The translations under genes and the position numbers were made by a program. Below the pieces are notes generated by a model. It was not told the origin of the DNA and did no database searches. It saw only the letters and a list, made by a program, of their open reading frames with translations. Of a stretch of 64,000 bases of DNA, positions 47,411 through 58,050 are shown piece by piece (within the stretch, counting starts at the first letter, position 1; each line of letters opens with the position of its first letter). The DNA lies in contig JAPPFC010000055.1 of NCBI GenBank assembly GCA_028824015.1, positions 109,083 through 173,082 on the forward strand. Reading direction: 5' to 3'. This DNA is from a bacterium (GTDB lineage: Bacteria > Actinomycetota > Acidimicrobiia > Spongiisociales > ZC4RG35).

Positions 47411-48415
47411 ATGGCCGAGATCTTCTATGACAAGGACGCGGATCCCGAGGTAATCAAGGGCCGCAAGGTAGCCGTTATCGGTTATGGGAGCCAGGGCCAC
47501 GCCCACGCTCTCAACCTGTCCGAGTCCGGAGTGGAAGTGGTGGTTGGCCTCCGACCGGATTCGGCCCGGCGCACCCAGGTCCTGGACGACGGGCTGGCGG
47601 TGATGGATCCCCCCGACGCCGCCGAGTGGGCCGACGTCGTCACGATGCTGGTCCCGGACCAACTCATGGCGGACTTCTACAACGCCCGGATCGCCGACCG
47701 GATGGAGCCCGGCAACGCCTTGCTGTTCGCCCACGGTTTCAACATCCACTTCGGGGAGATAACGCCCGCCGCCGACCTCGATGTGCTGATGGTCGCGCCC
47801 AAGGGCCCCGGTCATCTGGTGCGGCGCACCTACACGGAGGGGTCCGGGGTTCCCTGCCTGCTTGCCATCCACCAGGACGCCACCGGGTCCGCATTCGAGT
47901 TGGGTATGTCCTATTCCTGGGGAATAGGCGGGGCCCGGGCCGGCGTGCTGCAGACCACCTTCCGGGAGGAGACCGAGACCGATCTCTTCGGCGAGCAGGT
48001 AATCCTGTGCGGCGGCGTCTCCCAGTTGATCAAAGCCTCCTACGAAACGCTGGTGGAGGCGGGTTACGAACCCGAGTCCGCTTACTTCGAGACCCTTCAC
48101 GAGTTGAAGCTGATCGTGGATCTCCTTTACGAGGGAGGGCTGTCCTGGATGCGCTACTCGGTCTCGGACACCGCCGAATATGGCGACTACACCCGGGGGG
48201 CGCGGATTATCACCGAGGAGAGCCGCGCCGAGATGAAGAGGGTGCTGGCGGAGATACAATCCGGCGCCTTTGCCCGCGAGTGGATGGCCCAGGCCCGGGA
48301 AGGAGCCCCCTACCTCCTGGAGCAGCGAGCCGCAAACCAGTCCCATCCCATCGAACAGGTGGGACGGGAACTCCGTCAAATGATGCCCTTCCTCGATCCC
48401 AAGGCCCCCGAGTGA
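47411..48415 (+). CDS. ilvC: Ketol-acid reductoisomerase
   Basis: [35 protein letters not shown]. Confidence 0.97.
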   Translation: MAEIFYDKDADPEVIKGRKVAVIGYGSQGHAHALNLSESGVEVVVGLRPDSARRTQVLDDGLAVMDPPDAAEWADVVTMLVPDQLMADFYNARIADRMEPGNALLFAHGFNIHFGEITPAADLDVLMVAPKGPGHLVRRTYTEGSGVPCLLAIHQDATGSAFELGMSYSWGIGGARAGVLQTTFREETETDLFGEQVILCGGVSQLIKASYETLVEAGYEPESAYFETLHELKLIVDLLYEGGLSWMRYSVSDTAEYGDYTRGARIITEESRAEMKRVLAEIQSGAFAREWMAQAREGAPYLLEQRAANQSHPIEQVGRELRQMMPFLDPKAPE

Positions 48416-48552
48416 ATCACGCCGGGGCACTGACATTGGACAGAACGCCCGTCCAGGGTTGTCTGGCGCTGACTCGGCCGGGCGGCGGCCTTCGCCGGCT
48501 CGGCCTTCACACCCTCTAGAGCTCAGCCCTCGACCCAAACCAGGAGCCCTCC

Positions 48553-50067
48553 ATGTCAGACAAATTGATCATCTTCGACACGACCCTGCGAGACGGGGAG
48601 CAAGCCCCCGGCATCGCCTTGACGCCGGACGAGAAACTCGTGATCGCTCACCAGTTGGCCCGGCTGCGGGTTGATGTCCTGGAAGCCGGGTTCGCAGCCT
48701 CCTCCTCCGGCGATTTCCGAGCGGTCTCACAGATAGCCGCGGAGGTAAAGGGACCGGTTATCGCCAGCCTGGCCCGCGCCCATCCCGACGACATCGACCA
48801 AGCCTGGGACGCTCTCCGCCATGCCGCTCGGGCCCGTATCCATGTATTCATGTCAACATCCCCGATCCACATGGAGAGGATGTTGCGCATGACCCCCTCG
48901 GAGGTGTTGAAAGCCTCCGTTGAAGGGGTCCGGCGGGCGCGCCGCTACACCGATGACGTGGAATTCTCCCCCCAGGACGCCACCCGCTCCGACCACCAGT
49001 TCCTGGTGGATGTGTGCCGGGCGGCCGTAGAGGCCGGCGCCACCACCATCAACATCCCCGACACGGTGGGATACGCCACCCCCGCCGAGTTCACGGAGTT
49101 GATGAAGCGTATCTACGCGGAGGTGCGAGGTGACCGGAGTGATGTCACCATCTCGGTCCACTGTCACGATGATCTGGGGCTGGCGGTGGCGAACTCGCTG
49201 TCGGCCATTTCCGCAGGGGCCCGGCAGATCGAAGGGGCGGTGAACGGCATCGGCGAGCGGGCCGGCAACACCTCCATCGAGGAGATCATCATGGCAATCA
49301 AGACCCGACAGGACATCTTCGGGGTGGAAATAGGAGCGGACACGACCCAGATCTTTGACACCTCCCGGCTGGTTTCCCAGCTGACCGGTTATCCGGTGCA
49401 GTTCAACAAGGCGGTGGTGGGCCGGAATGCCTTCGCCCACGAGTCGGGGATCCACCAGCACGGCGTTCTCCGTGACCGGGAAACCTACGAGATAATGAAC
49501 GCCGAGTCCATCGGCCAGAGAGGCGCCCAGATCATTCTCGGCAAGCACTCCGGCCGGGCGGGCTTTGCCGACGCCCTGGCAAACCTGGACCTATCACTGG
49601 AGGAGGACGAGTTCAACCTGGCCTTCGAGAAGTTCAAGGCCATGGCCGACCGGAAGCTGGAGATCGGCGAACGCGAGCTGCGGGCCATAGCCGCCACCGG
49701 CCTGTCCCAATCGTCCGGCGCCGAGGTGACGATCGCCGGCATCAGCGTGTCGGGAGGCCATGACACCACCCCCACTGCAGTGGTAACCCTGGAGAAGGGA
49801 GGCGTCACCTCCGAATACACCGGTTACGGGGACGGGATGGTTCACGCTGCCTTCTCCGCCATCAAGCAGTGCTTCGGCATCGAAGCCCGGTTGGTCGACT
49901 ACCGGGTCGTTCCGGTCACGTCGGGGGCCGACGCCATGGCGGAGGTGAACGTGGTGGTCAGGGTCGTTGACAACACCTATTCGGGAAAGGCGGTCTCAAC
50001 CGACGTGGTGGAGGGCTCGGCGGAGGCGTTCGTAGACGCTCTGAACCGCGCCGTAGGCGCCAAGTGA
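48553..50067 (+). CDS. leuA: 2-isopropylmalate synthase
   Basis: DTTLRDGEQ, HCHDD, GERAGN, HESGIHQ, GKHSG; regulatory C-terminal domain. Confidence 0.96.
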   Translation: MSDKLIIFDTTLRDGEQAPGIALTPDEKLVIAHQLARLRVDVLEAGFAASSSGDFRAVSQIAAEVKGPVIASLARAHPDDIDQAWDALRHAARARIHVFMSTSPIHMERMLRMTPSEVLKASVEGVRRARRYTDDVEFSPQDATRSDHQFLVDVCRAAVEAGATTINIPDTVGYATPAEFTELMKRIYAEVRGDRSDVTISVHCHDDLGLAVANSLSAISAGARQIEGAVNGIGERAGNTSIEEIIMAIKTRQDIFGVEIGADTTQIFDTSRLVSQLTGYPVQFNKAVVGRNAFAHESGIHQHGVLRDRETYEIMNAESIGQRGAQIILGKHSGRAGFADALANLDLSLEEDEFNLAFEKFKAMADRKLEIGERELRAIAATGLSQSSGAEVTIAGISVSGGHDTTPTAVVTLEKGGVTSEYTGYGDGMVHAAFSAIKQCFGIEARLVDYRVVPVTSGADAMAEVNVVVRVVDNTYSGKAVSTDVVEGSAEAFVDALNRAVGAK

Positions 50068-50177
50068 CGACGTAGCGGCTCACCCCCCTCTGTGTGCTGA
50101 AAATATCTGTATGTAGAGAGGGATATTCGGCCGATCACCCAACAGCAGGAAGGGGATGCATGCTACCTTGTATTCCC

Positions 50178-50426
50178 ATGAGTCGCGGAGATTCCCGCAT
50201 AGCAAGAATCCTCCGGGAAGCCCGCACCAGCCAAGGACTCAGTCAGCGGGAACTGGGTCAGAGATCGGGGCTTACGCAGGCACAGATTTCGCGGACCGAG
50301 AACGGTGAGGTTGACTTGCGGCTTTCCAGCCTGGTTGCGCTTGTCAACGTGCTGGGACTCGATCTGACCTTCACCCCCCGGCCTCCCGCCGCGGCGCCTT
50401 GCTCCTGTCCCGAGGAGAAACCCTAA
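50178..50426 (+). CDS. XRE/HipB-like helix-turn-helix regulator
   Basis: LREAR..GLSQRELGQRSGLTQAQISRTENG..RLSSL. Confidence 0.85.
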   Translation: MSRGDSRIARILREARTSQGLSQRELGQRSGLTQAQISRTENGEVDLRLSSLVALVNVLGLDLTFTPRPPAAAPCSCPEEKP

Positions 50427-50549
50427 GACCCGGCCCAAGACTGCGCAAGAACGGACCGGTTCAGGATTCGGGGGAAGCGGCCGGGCATCTCCCGAGCCCC
50501 GTAGACGAGTTTTCTGTGAACCAGGACCGGTCGATTAATATGTCTCGCA

Positions 50550-51608
50550 GTGAGCGCCTATCGATTGGCAGTGATCCCCGGCGACGGGATCGGTCCGGAA
50601 GTGACCACCTGTGCCGTGCAGGCATTGCAAGCGGCGGGTCGGGAGTTCGGGTTCAGGATCGATCTGACCGACTATGACCTGGGGAGTAGGCGTTACCTGG
50701 CCACCGGAGAGGTCCTGCCCGACTCGGTGGTGGCCGAGTTGGCCGAGCATGACGCCATCCTTCACGGGGCGGTGGGCACCCCGGAGGTCCCTCCGGGTGT
50801 TCTGGAACGAGGCCTCTTGCTGCGGCTCCGGTTCGAGTTCGATATGTATGTGAATTTCCGCCCCATCAAGCTCTACCCGGGTGTCTCCAGCGCCATCGCC
50901 GGACTCACGCCTGAGCGGTGCGACATGGAGATGATAAGAGAGAACACCGAGGGCTTGTACTCGGGCAGCGGAGGGTTTCTCCACAAGGGAACCCCAGAGG
51001 AGATTGCCAACCAGCACTCGGTCAACACGCGGGCGGGAACCGAGCGAATCGTACGGTACGCCTTCGAGCGGGCGATGAGGAGAGACCGTCGGTTGACCCT
51101 TTGCCACAAGACCAACGTGCTCACCATCGCGGGCGACCTCTGGCAGCGGACCACCGACGAGGTAGCGGCAGAGTATCCGCAAGTCGAGGTCGACTACGTG
51201 CATGTGGACGCGGCCTGCATTCACCTGATCGACAGTCCCGAGCGCTTCGACGTGATAGTGACCGACAATATGTTCGGCGACATCCTCACCGACCTGGGAG
51301 GAGCGATAGCAGGGGGAATCGGCTTGGCGGCCAGCGGCAACCTCAATCCGACCGGCGAGTTTCCCTCCCTCTTCGAGCCGGTGCACGGGACCGCCCCCGA
51401 CATCGTGGGCACCGGCTGGGCGAATCCGGTGGCGGCGGTTTTCTCCGCCGCTCTGTGCCTGGAACACCTGGGAGAAGGGGAGGCGGCGGCCATGGTGGAG
51501 AAGGCCGCTGCCGATGTTCTCCTCGGGCTGGGCGCCATGGCAGGACCCCGAATGGGCGCCTCCACCTCCGAGATAGGCAACCGGATAGTCGAGGCGATCG
51601 GAGTCTAG
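50550..51608 (+). CDS. leuB: 3-isopropylmalate dehydrogenase
   Basis: [38 protein letters not shown]. Confidence 0.94.
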   Translation: MSAYRLAVIPGDGIGPEVTTCAVQALQAAGREFGFRIDLTDYDLGSRRYLATGEVLPDSVVAELAEHDAILHGAVGTPEVPPGVLERGLLLRLRFEFDMYVNFRPIKLYPGVSSAIAGLTPERCDMEMIRENTEGLYSGSGGFLHKGTPEEIANQHSVNTRAGTERIVRYAFERAMRRDRRLTLCHKTNVLTIAGDLWQRTTDEVAAEYPQVEVDYVHVDAACIHLIDSPERFDVIVTDNMFGDILTDLGGAIAGGIGLAASGNLNPTGEFPSLFEPVHGTAPDIVGTGWANPVAAVFSAALCLEHLGEGEAAAMVEKAAADVLLGLGAMAGPRMGASTSEIGNRIVEAIGV

Positions 51609-52159
51609 GCGATCTCTCTGACCCCGTTCTCGGTGATGAGATGGGTCATGGACACATCGTGGGACTCGACGGGCACGACCTCGGCCATCATCCTTTCCAA
51701 GGTGACTCCCACCCGCAGAGCATTGGCGGAGAGCCCGTCCAGAAGCCGGTCGTAATAGCTCTTGCCCCGCCCCAACCTTCGCCCCCGGGTGTCGAACGTC
51801 AGCCCCGGCACCAGCGCCACCTCGATCCGGGAGGGCGGCACTTCGGGGACCGAAGCCACAGGTTGGTGGAAGCCGAAGCGATGAAGCTCCAACGGGGAGT
51901 GATAGGGATGGACCGTGAGGGGACCGACCTGAGGGGTTCGGGTGGTGAGCCACTCGATCATCGGCAAGCGGGCCACCACCGGACCGAGATCCAGTTCACC
52001 CGGGATAGCCATCCACACCAGGGTGGGTACGGGACGCCTCGGCGCCAGCCACCGGAGAACCTGGTGGCTGACCTTTGTGGACTCCTCGGGCGTGGCAGGA
52101 GGTCTGGTGCGGGCCTCAGCCCTGAGCCTTGCCTTCATCTCCGATGTGCTCCTACTCAC
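51605..52159 (-). CDS. 5-formyltetrahydrofolate cyclo-ligase
   Basis: [31 protein letters not shown]; TAGCTT 7 nt before GTG. Confidence 0.9.
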   Translation of the reverse strand: MSRSTSEMKARLRAEARTRPPATPEESTKVSHQVLRWLAPRRPVPTLVWMAIPGELDLGPVVARLPMIEWLTTRTPQVGPLTVHPYHSPLELHRFGFHQPVASVPEVPPSRIEVALVPGLTFDTRGRRLGRGKSYYDRLLDGLSANALRVGVTLERMMAEVVPVESHDVSMTHLITENGVREIA

Positions 52160-52204
52160 ACCGTGCAAGCTACCAGTCACTCAGAAGGTTTAGCCTTAAG
52201 TTCC

Positions 52205-52930
52205 GTGAAAAGGACCTTCCTGTTCCTTCGCAGCGGGATCACCTATCTGGTCGCCGGACTCTCCACGGTGTGGGTGGCGCTATCGATCGTGATCGCGTCG
52301 GCGCTCGGTCTCCTGGAGTATTACGGCGAGTGGATTCTGAAGCGTTTCGGCAGAGTCTGGGTGTTTGCCTCCGGCATGCGGATGGAGGTGAGCGGCCTGG
52401 AGAACATCGAAGAGGGGACCCCCTACATAGTGGTGGCCAACCATCGATCCAACATCGACATAATGGTCCTGACTGCCGCCCTTCCGATCCCCATCAGGTT
52501 CCTGTCCAAGGTCGAGGTGTTCAAATTCCCGCTGCTGGGAAGCGCGATGCGGCGGATGAAGATGATCCCATTGGACCGCGAGATGGGCCGCCGGGAACTC
52601 GCTTTCATAATTCGCAGTACCCGATCGCTGGTGGCCGAAGGGAAGACCCTGGTGGTCTTCCCGGAAGGGACCCGCAGCATCACCGGCGAGATGCTTCCCT
52701 TCAAGACCGGCGCCATACACATCGCGGCCCGAACGGGCTGCCCGATATTGCCGGTGGCCATTCGGGGCACGGGCAATATCTGGCCTCCCCAGTCGTCATT
52801 GATAAGGGGAGGGCCGGTAAGCGTGATAGTGATGCCCCCCATCACCCTCACCAAGAGTGCCTCCCGTCAGAGCAAGGCCACCATCGGCGAGATCCGACGC
52901 TCTCTCATGGAGGCGCTGGCCCAGGTTTGA
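52205..52930 (+). CDS. Lysophospholipid acyltransferase (PlsC family)
   Basis: ANHRSNID, FPEGTRS, FKTG, LPVAI. Confidence 0.92.
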   Translation: MKRTFLFLRSGITYLVAGLSTVWVALSIVIASALGLLEYYGEWILKRFGRVWVFASGMRMEVSGLENIEEGTPYIVVANHRSNIDIMVLTAALPIPIRFLSKVEVFKFPLLGSAMRRMKMIPLDREMGRRELAFIIRSTRSLVAEGKTLVVFPEGTRSITGEMLPFKTGAIHIAARTGCPILPVAIRGTGNIWPPQSSLIRGGPVSVIVMPPITLTKSASRQSKATIGEIRRSLMEALAQV

Positions 52931-52961
52931 GCGTATGGAGGGCGCCCCTCGCCCGGCCTGT

Positions 52962-53813
52962 TCAACCGGCCGCCTTTCTCATCGTGGGGACGGAGAGGCG
53001 AATGCCGCCCACTCCCAGGTCCCGGCGACGCACAGCCAGCAAACCGATCCCGAGAAACACCACCGCCAGGCCTCCCAGGACGAGAGCGTGATCGGCGTCC
53101 AGGCCATAACGAAGCGGGTTGGAGGCATCGTAGTAATAGAAGGGTGAGATGGGCTGCAAGGCATCCAGTATCTCCACCAAACCCCCCAGTGAATTGAGCA
53201 GATACGTGCCGGCCGCCACGAAGGTCACGACTCCCACCGTCAGACCCCTGAGACCGGTGCCGGTGCCCACGGCCAGCGCCAGCGATCCGAAGAACACTCC
53301 CAGCAACACCGCCATCAGGACTCCGGCGGCGACGTTTCCTACCGGGATCTCGACGTCGAACAGAACGCTGTCGACGGCCAGGGAGACAAACACGGCCAGA
53401 CCCAGCACCAACTCTGCCAACACCAGAGCCAGCCACTTCTGCCAGACCAGGCCGAACCTCGTGAGTGAAGTGGCCATCACCAGGTCGATGGTGCCATCCT
53501 CTTCCTCCCCGGCCACCGCTCGGGCCCCCTGGACAGTCCCGTATATCGCGAACACCAGGGGGACGACCCACCCGAAGGCCTCCGCCTGCATGAAACCGAT
53601 GGGGTCAAACAGGTTCTCTTCGCTCCCTACCCCCATGATCGCCAGAATTTCCTCCGGGTAGGTGTCGAGCAGCGCTTCGAACTGCTCCTGGTTCTCCCTC
53701 ACAATCGGATAGAAGGCGCCGATGCCCAGCAAATACCCGAATATCCCCACCACCCACCAGAAAAGCGAGCGGCGGCGGTCCCGCAGAGTCTTCAGCGCCA
53801 CGTTGTTCAGCAT
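52962..53813 (-). CDS. ABC-2 type transporter permease
   Basis: AGEEEDGTIDL, SPFYYY; six TM segments; follows ATPase. Confidence 0.88.
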   Translation of the reverse strand: MLNNVALKTLRDRRRSLFWWVVGIFGYLLGIGAFYPIVRENQEQFEALLDTYPEEILAIMGVGSEENLFDPIGFMQAEAFGWVVPLVFAIYGTVQGARAVAGEEEDGTIDLVMATSLTRFGLVWQKWLALVLAELVLGLAVFVSLAVDSVLFDVEIPVGNVAAGVLMAVLLGVFFGSLALAVGTGTGLRGLTVGVVTFVAAGTYLLNSLGGLVEILDALQPISPFYYYDASNPLRYGLDADHALVLGGLAVVFLGIGLLAVRRRDLGVGGIRLSVPTMRKAAG

Positions 53814-53816
53814 TCC

Positions 53817-54731
53817 TCAGTCCTCCTCTCCTCGGTAATAGTCCAGGAACAGCGCCTCCAGGTCCGCGCCGTGACTGACCAGGTTGCGGACCCTGTGTTT
53901 CGCGACCGCCTTCAGCAATTCATCGATGCTGCCGATCACCTGGCAGTGCAGGACGTTGCCATGCAGGTCGGCGAACCGGACACCGTCCAGGTGCTCGAAC
54001 TCTGCGATGTGTGGGACATCTTCGAAGACGACCTCAAAGGTGCGTACGGCCTTCTGGCGAAGGGTCTCCAGTTCTTCCACTTCCACCAGGCGACCCTCCC
54101 GGATGATCCCCACCCGGTCGGCGACCCTCTCCACCTCCGACAGGACGTGGGATGAGAAGAAGACCGTCACCCCGTCGGCCTTGAGTTCATCCAAGAGCCG
54201 GTACACCTCCTGCTGCACCAATGGATCGAGCCCGGACGTGGGCTCATCGAGCACCACAAGTTCCGGTCTGTGCATGAGGGCCTGCACCAAGCCGAGTTTC
54301 TGACGGTTTCCCTTGGAAAGATCACCGATCCGGCGGGACAGATCGAGGTCGATCCTCTCCGAGAGTTGCTCCGCGATGGCGTCTCCTCCCCTCCCGCGCA
54401 GATTCCCGATGTAGGTGAGGAAGTCACGAGCGGACATCCGGGAGTAGAACTCCACCTCCCCCGGCAGGTACCCGACCCGCCGCCTTATGGCGGGATCGCG
54501 AGGCGAGCCTCCCAGCACCTCCACCGTTCCCTGTTGCGGTCGGATCAGGTCCACCAGCATGCGGATGGTGGTGGTCTTGCCCGCTCCGTTGGGGCCCAGA
54601 TATCCGAAGACCTCCCCGGGCCGGACCTCAAGATCGAGGTCCAAGACTCCCCGGGCCTTTCCGTAGCTCTTGGTCACCCCCGCCAATCGGACGGGCACCG
54701 TCAGTTTTTCACCTCCAACTTGTGCTGACAT
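53817..54731 (-). CDS. ABC transporter ATP-binding protein
   Basis: GPNGAGKTT, LSKGNRQK, LDEPT, SSH. Confidence 0.93.
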   Translation of the reverse strand: MSAQVGGEKLTVPVRLAGVTKSYGKARGVLDLDLEVRPGEVFGYLGPNGAGKTTTIRMLVDLIRPQQGTVEVLGGSPRDPAIRRRVGYLPGEVEFYSRMSARDFLTYIGNLRGRGGDAIAEQLSERIDLDLSRRIGDLSKGNRQKLGLVQALMHRPELVVLDEPTSGLDPLVQQEVYRLLDELKADGVTVFFSSHVLSEVERVADRVGIIREGRLVEVEELETLRQKAVRTFEVVFEDVPHIAEFEHLDGVRFADLHGNVLHCQVIGSIDELLKAVAKHRVRNLVSHGADLEALFLDYYRGEED

Positions 54732-54765
54732 TTAGATTCTATTTGTCCCGGCTTCGTTACTTCCT

Positions 54766-55674
54766 TCAGGGACCGCTTCTCAGTTCCTCCAGTTCCTCAA
54801 GCGTCTTGGGCCAGTCCTGTTTGAGCAAACGCGACAGGGACCGGTCAGCCAGGAGCTTTCCCCCTGTCTGGCAGGCCGCGCAATAGTTGGTCTCGTTGCT
54901 GGAATACACGATCCTTTGCACGGGCGCGCAGCAGCGGGGACAGGGCGCTCCGTACTTGCCGTGGACCGCCATCTCCGGCCGGAAGGCCGTGACCCTGGTG
55001 GGCCATCGGTCCCCGGTCTCGGCGGCCAACCGCTCGATCCAGGAGGTGAGGACCCCGATAACTGCTTGGTGCAGGCGCTCCGACTCCTCGTCGGTGAGCC
55101 GGGAAGTCATCTTCACGGGTGACAGCCGGGCCTCCCACAATATCTCGTCCGAGTAGGCGTGGCCGATGCCCGAGAGGATGGCGGGGCTGGTCAGGGCTCG
55201 CTTCAGGGTGTGGTTTCTCCGGCGGATCGCCTCGGAGAACTTACTGGAGGAGATCTCGAGCGGTTCCAAGCCTCCGCGGTCCTGTGCCGCCAGGTCCTCT
55301 TCTCCCGATACCACCCATATCCCGGCCCGCCGTTTGGATCCCTGCTCGGTTAGCACCAGGGTCGACCCCGGAAAGTCCCAGGCCGCCAGGCCCACTTTTG
55401 CGGGTGGCTTCACGCCCGGCCGGTCATGCCAGCGGAGCCGCCCGGCCACCATCAGATGGATCACCAGGAACAGTTGGTCCTCGTCGAGTTCCCACACTAT
55501 GCGCTTTCCGATCCGTCGCAGTCCCACCACGGTCCTCCCCACCACCTCGGTGTGAGGAGGCTGGTAAGTTCGCAGGACCGACATGGACCGGACGTGGAAT
55601 CCCTCCACCCTCTGTCCCACGATGCGCCGGTCCAATGCCCTCAGGTATAGAGCTACGTCAGGCAGTTCGGGCAT
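54766..55674 (-). CDS. Fpg/Nei family DNA glycosylase/AP lyase
   Basis: N-term MPELPDV, HLMVAG, H2TH SGIGHAYSDE, zinc finger CPRC..CAAC. Confidence 0.92.
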   Translation of the reverse strand: MPELPDVALYLRALDRRIVGQRVEGFHVRSMSVLRTYQPPHTEVVGRTVVGLRRIGKRIVWELDEDQLFLVIHLMVAGRLRWHDRPGVKPPAKVGLAAWDFPGSTLVLTEQGSKRRAGIWVVSGEEDLAAQDRGGLEPLEISSSKFSEAIRRRNHTLKRALTSPAILSGIGHAYSDEILWEARLSPVKMTSRLTDEESERLHQAVIGVLTSWIERLAAETGDRWPTRVTAFRPEMAVHGKYGAPCPRCCAPVQRIVYSSNETNYCAACQTGGKLLADRSLSRLLKQDWPKTLEELEELRSGP

Positions 55675-55741
55675 GGGCAGTGACGCTAGCGGATCGGCTA
55701 CAATTGAGGCATCTGAGGATTGATTAGAGAGGAGGAGCATC

Positions 55742-56320
55742 GTGGTCAACACTGCGTCAACCATGCTTCCGTTGGGAACTCCCGCGCCGGGGTTCTCACT
55801 AACCGACACGGTGAGCGGGGATACCGTTTCACTGGAGGACTGCAACGGGAAGGTGCTGGTGGTCATGTTCATCTGCAACCACTGTCCCTTCGTGGTCCAC
55901 ATCATGGACGGCCTGGTGAGCTTCGGGTCCGACTACCAGGACACCAACGTCTCCGTGGTGGCCATCAGCTCCAACGATGTCGAGAACTATCCCGGCGACG
56001 CTCCCGACAAGCTGGCCACCATGGCCCGCGAAAAAGGTTATGCCTTCCCCTATCTCTTCGACGAGACCCAGGAAGTGGCAAAGTCCTACACCGCTGCCTG
56101 CACGCCCGATTTCTACGTGTTCGGCCAGGACCGGACATTGGTCTACCGGGGTCAATTCGACGACTCACGGCCTTCGAACTCCATTCCGGTGACCGGAGAG
56201 GACCTGCGGGCTGCCGTGGAGGCCGTGCGGGCCGACCAGGAGGTGGCGTCGGACCAGAAGCCCTCCATAGGGTGCAACATCAAGTGGATTCCCGGCCAGG
56301 AGCCTGACTACTTCGGCTAG
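55742..56320 (+). CDS. Thioredoxin family (AhpC/TSA-like) protein
   Basis: FICNHCPFV, ACTPDF, YRGQFDDSRP, SIGCNIKW. Confidence 0.92.
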   Translation: MVNTASTMLPLGTPAPGFSLTDTVSGDTVSLEDCNGKVLVVMFICNHCPFVVHIMDGLVSFGSDYQDTNVSVVAISSNDVENYPGDAPDKLATMAREKGYAFPYLFDETQEVAKSYTAACTPDFYVFGQDRTLVYRGQFDDSRPSNSIPVTGEDLRAAVEAVRADQEVASDQKPSIGCNIKWIPGQEPDYFG

Positions 56321-56373
56321 GCCCTCTCGTACTAAACCTCCTCTTTAAGCCCTCTGTGCCGGTTAGGCTCGGA

Positions 56374-57561
56374 ATGGTGAAGAGGATCCGGTCCCAGTTC
56401 AAGCGGAGGGTCCTTCTCGCCGCACTGACCACACTGTTGCTGGCGGCGGCCTGCGGGGGAGACGACGACGGTCAACCTGAACCCGCCGCGCTGGAGACGA
56501 CGGCCCCGCCCACCACAGCCGCGCCTACCACCGCCGCCCCGCAGACCACGCGCGCGCCCGAAACAACCACCACCGCTTCGCAAGCGACCACGGTCCCCGA
56601 AACCACGACCACCACCGAAGCCCCCGGATTCGAGCCGGTTCGCCTCTCCTACAACTACCCTTCCGACGGCGAACTCGAATACTCCATCACCATCGAACAA
56701 CAGGCCGAGGTTGAGCTGGAGGGGGGACCGGCCGAGGGAATGCCTCCCGGCCCCATCGCAATGAACACCATCCTGGCCGGAGCCATCAGCTACACGATCA
56801 GCCCCGGCCCGGATGAGGACACTGTCAGCATTCGGATCGTCTCCGATATCCAAATGGTCGAGAACGAGGCCACCATGGGCGGCTTCTCCATACCCGCATC
56901 CGAACTGGGTGAAGCTCCCGGCTTCGAGACGCCGATTGACATAACGGTCATCACGGACCTGCAGGGCAACGTCCTTGACATGTCCGGTGAAGCCTTCGAT
57001 GATCTCCTCGGTGGCATGAACTTCCAGTCCGCCAGTTCGGTGGGAAACCAGCATTTGAGCCGACCGTTCGGTCCTGCCTTCCCCGATACCCCGTTGGGCG
57101 TCGGGGACTCGTGGACGGAGCAGATCGAGCAAGAGGGTCCATTCGGCTCGATAATCACCAACGCCGAACATCTCGTGGTGGCCGTGGAGGGGACCGAAGA
57201 GCGCCCAATCCTGGTGGTGGAAAGCGAATACCTGACCGATGCCTTCGAGTGGGACATGAGCGAGATGATGCGGGGGATGTTCGGCGCCTTTGCCGAGGAG
57301 TTGCCATCCGAAGAAGCCCAGGAAGGTCAGGACATCTTCTCAGACCTCCAGCTGCTGGTAACCGCCGCCCCGGGTGTGGTACATTCCACCGTGCATTTCG
57401 ACCCCGGAGCCGGCCTGGTCATCGAAGGCGGACAGCAAGCCCGGGGAGAGGTGACCACGGCGATGACCATGCCCGGCGACGCCGGTGAACCTTTCACGAT
57501 CATCACCGGGGTCAAGTTCGACCAGCAGATCTCCTTCAACCTGATCAGCCCGACCACCTGA
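56374..57561 (+). CDS. Lipoprotein of unknown function with Thr-rich linker
   Basis: Lipobox LAAACGG, Thr/Pro/Ala linker, acidic beta-rich domain. Confidence 0.75.
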   Translation: MVKRIRSQFKRRVLLAALTTLLLAAACGGDDDGQPEPAALETTAPPTTAAPTTAAPQTTRAPETTTTASQATTVPETTTTTEAPGFEPVRLSYNYPSDGELEYSITIEQQAEVELEGGPAEGMPPGPIAMNTILAGAISYTISPGPDEDTVSIRIVSDIQMVENEATMGGFSIPASELGEAPGFETPIDITVITDLQGNVLDMSGEAFDDLLGGMNFQSASSVGNQHLSRPFGPAFPDTPLGVGDSWTEQIEQEGPFGSIITNAEHLVVAVEGTEERPILVVESEYLTDAFEWDMSEMMRGMFGAFAEELPSEEAQEGQDIFSDLQLLVTAAPGVVHSTVHFDPGAGLVIEGGQQARGEVTTAMTMPGDAGEPFTIITGVKFDQQISFNLISPTT

Positions 57562-57669
57562 CGTCCTCCCCACTTAGCCGGATCCGGAAGGATGAGTTGG
57601 AATGGGCCGCTTCCCGGCGGCTGTTAGATTGCGCCTGACGAACAGTCAGCCGGGGTAGTTCAGACGAAC

Positions 57670-58029
57670 ATGCGGACCGAAGAGTTCGAAGCAGTGATAG
57701 ACCGGGTCCTCTCGGACCTTCCCCCATGGGTCGCCTCTCTCATGGACAACGTGCTGATCGTGGCTATGGACTCTCCGCCTCCAGAGGACCATAAGGAGGG
57801 AGCCCGGGAAGAACTGTTGGGAGAATACGTCGGCGTCTCCCTTCCGGACAGGGCCGCCGACTACTGGGGAGTCCTCCCCGACGAGATCCGCCTGTACCGC
57901 CTGGCTCACCTGCACTTGGGCCTTTCCCGCCCCGAGACCGAAGAGGAGATCCGTCGCACCCTGTTGCACGAATTGGGCCACTACCTGGGGTTCTCCGAAC
58001 GACGCCTACACCAACTGGGCTGGGACTAG
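57670..58029 (+). CDS. Zincin-like metallopeptidase family protein (DUF1025)
   Basis: LLGEYVG, LPDEIRLYR, HELGHYLG. Confidence 0.88.
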   Translation: MRTEEFEAVIDRVLSDLPPWVASLMDNVLIVAMDSPPPEDHKEGAREELLGEYVGVSLPDRAADYWGVLPDEIRLYRLAHLHLGLSRPETEEEIRRTLLHELGHYLGFSERRLHQLGWD

Positions 58030-58050
58030 CCGTCCTATCCACAGAAACCG

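Noticed and set aside
44913-48538. Long antisense ORFs (657 aa, 551 aa) opposite ilvBNC
   Set aside because: Shadow frames from high-GC codon bias, with no recognisable motifs
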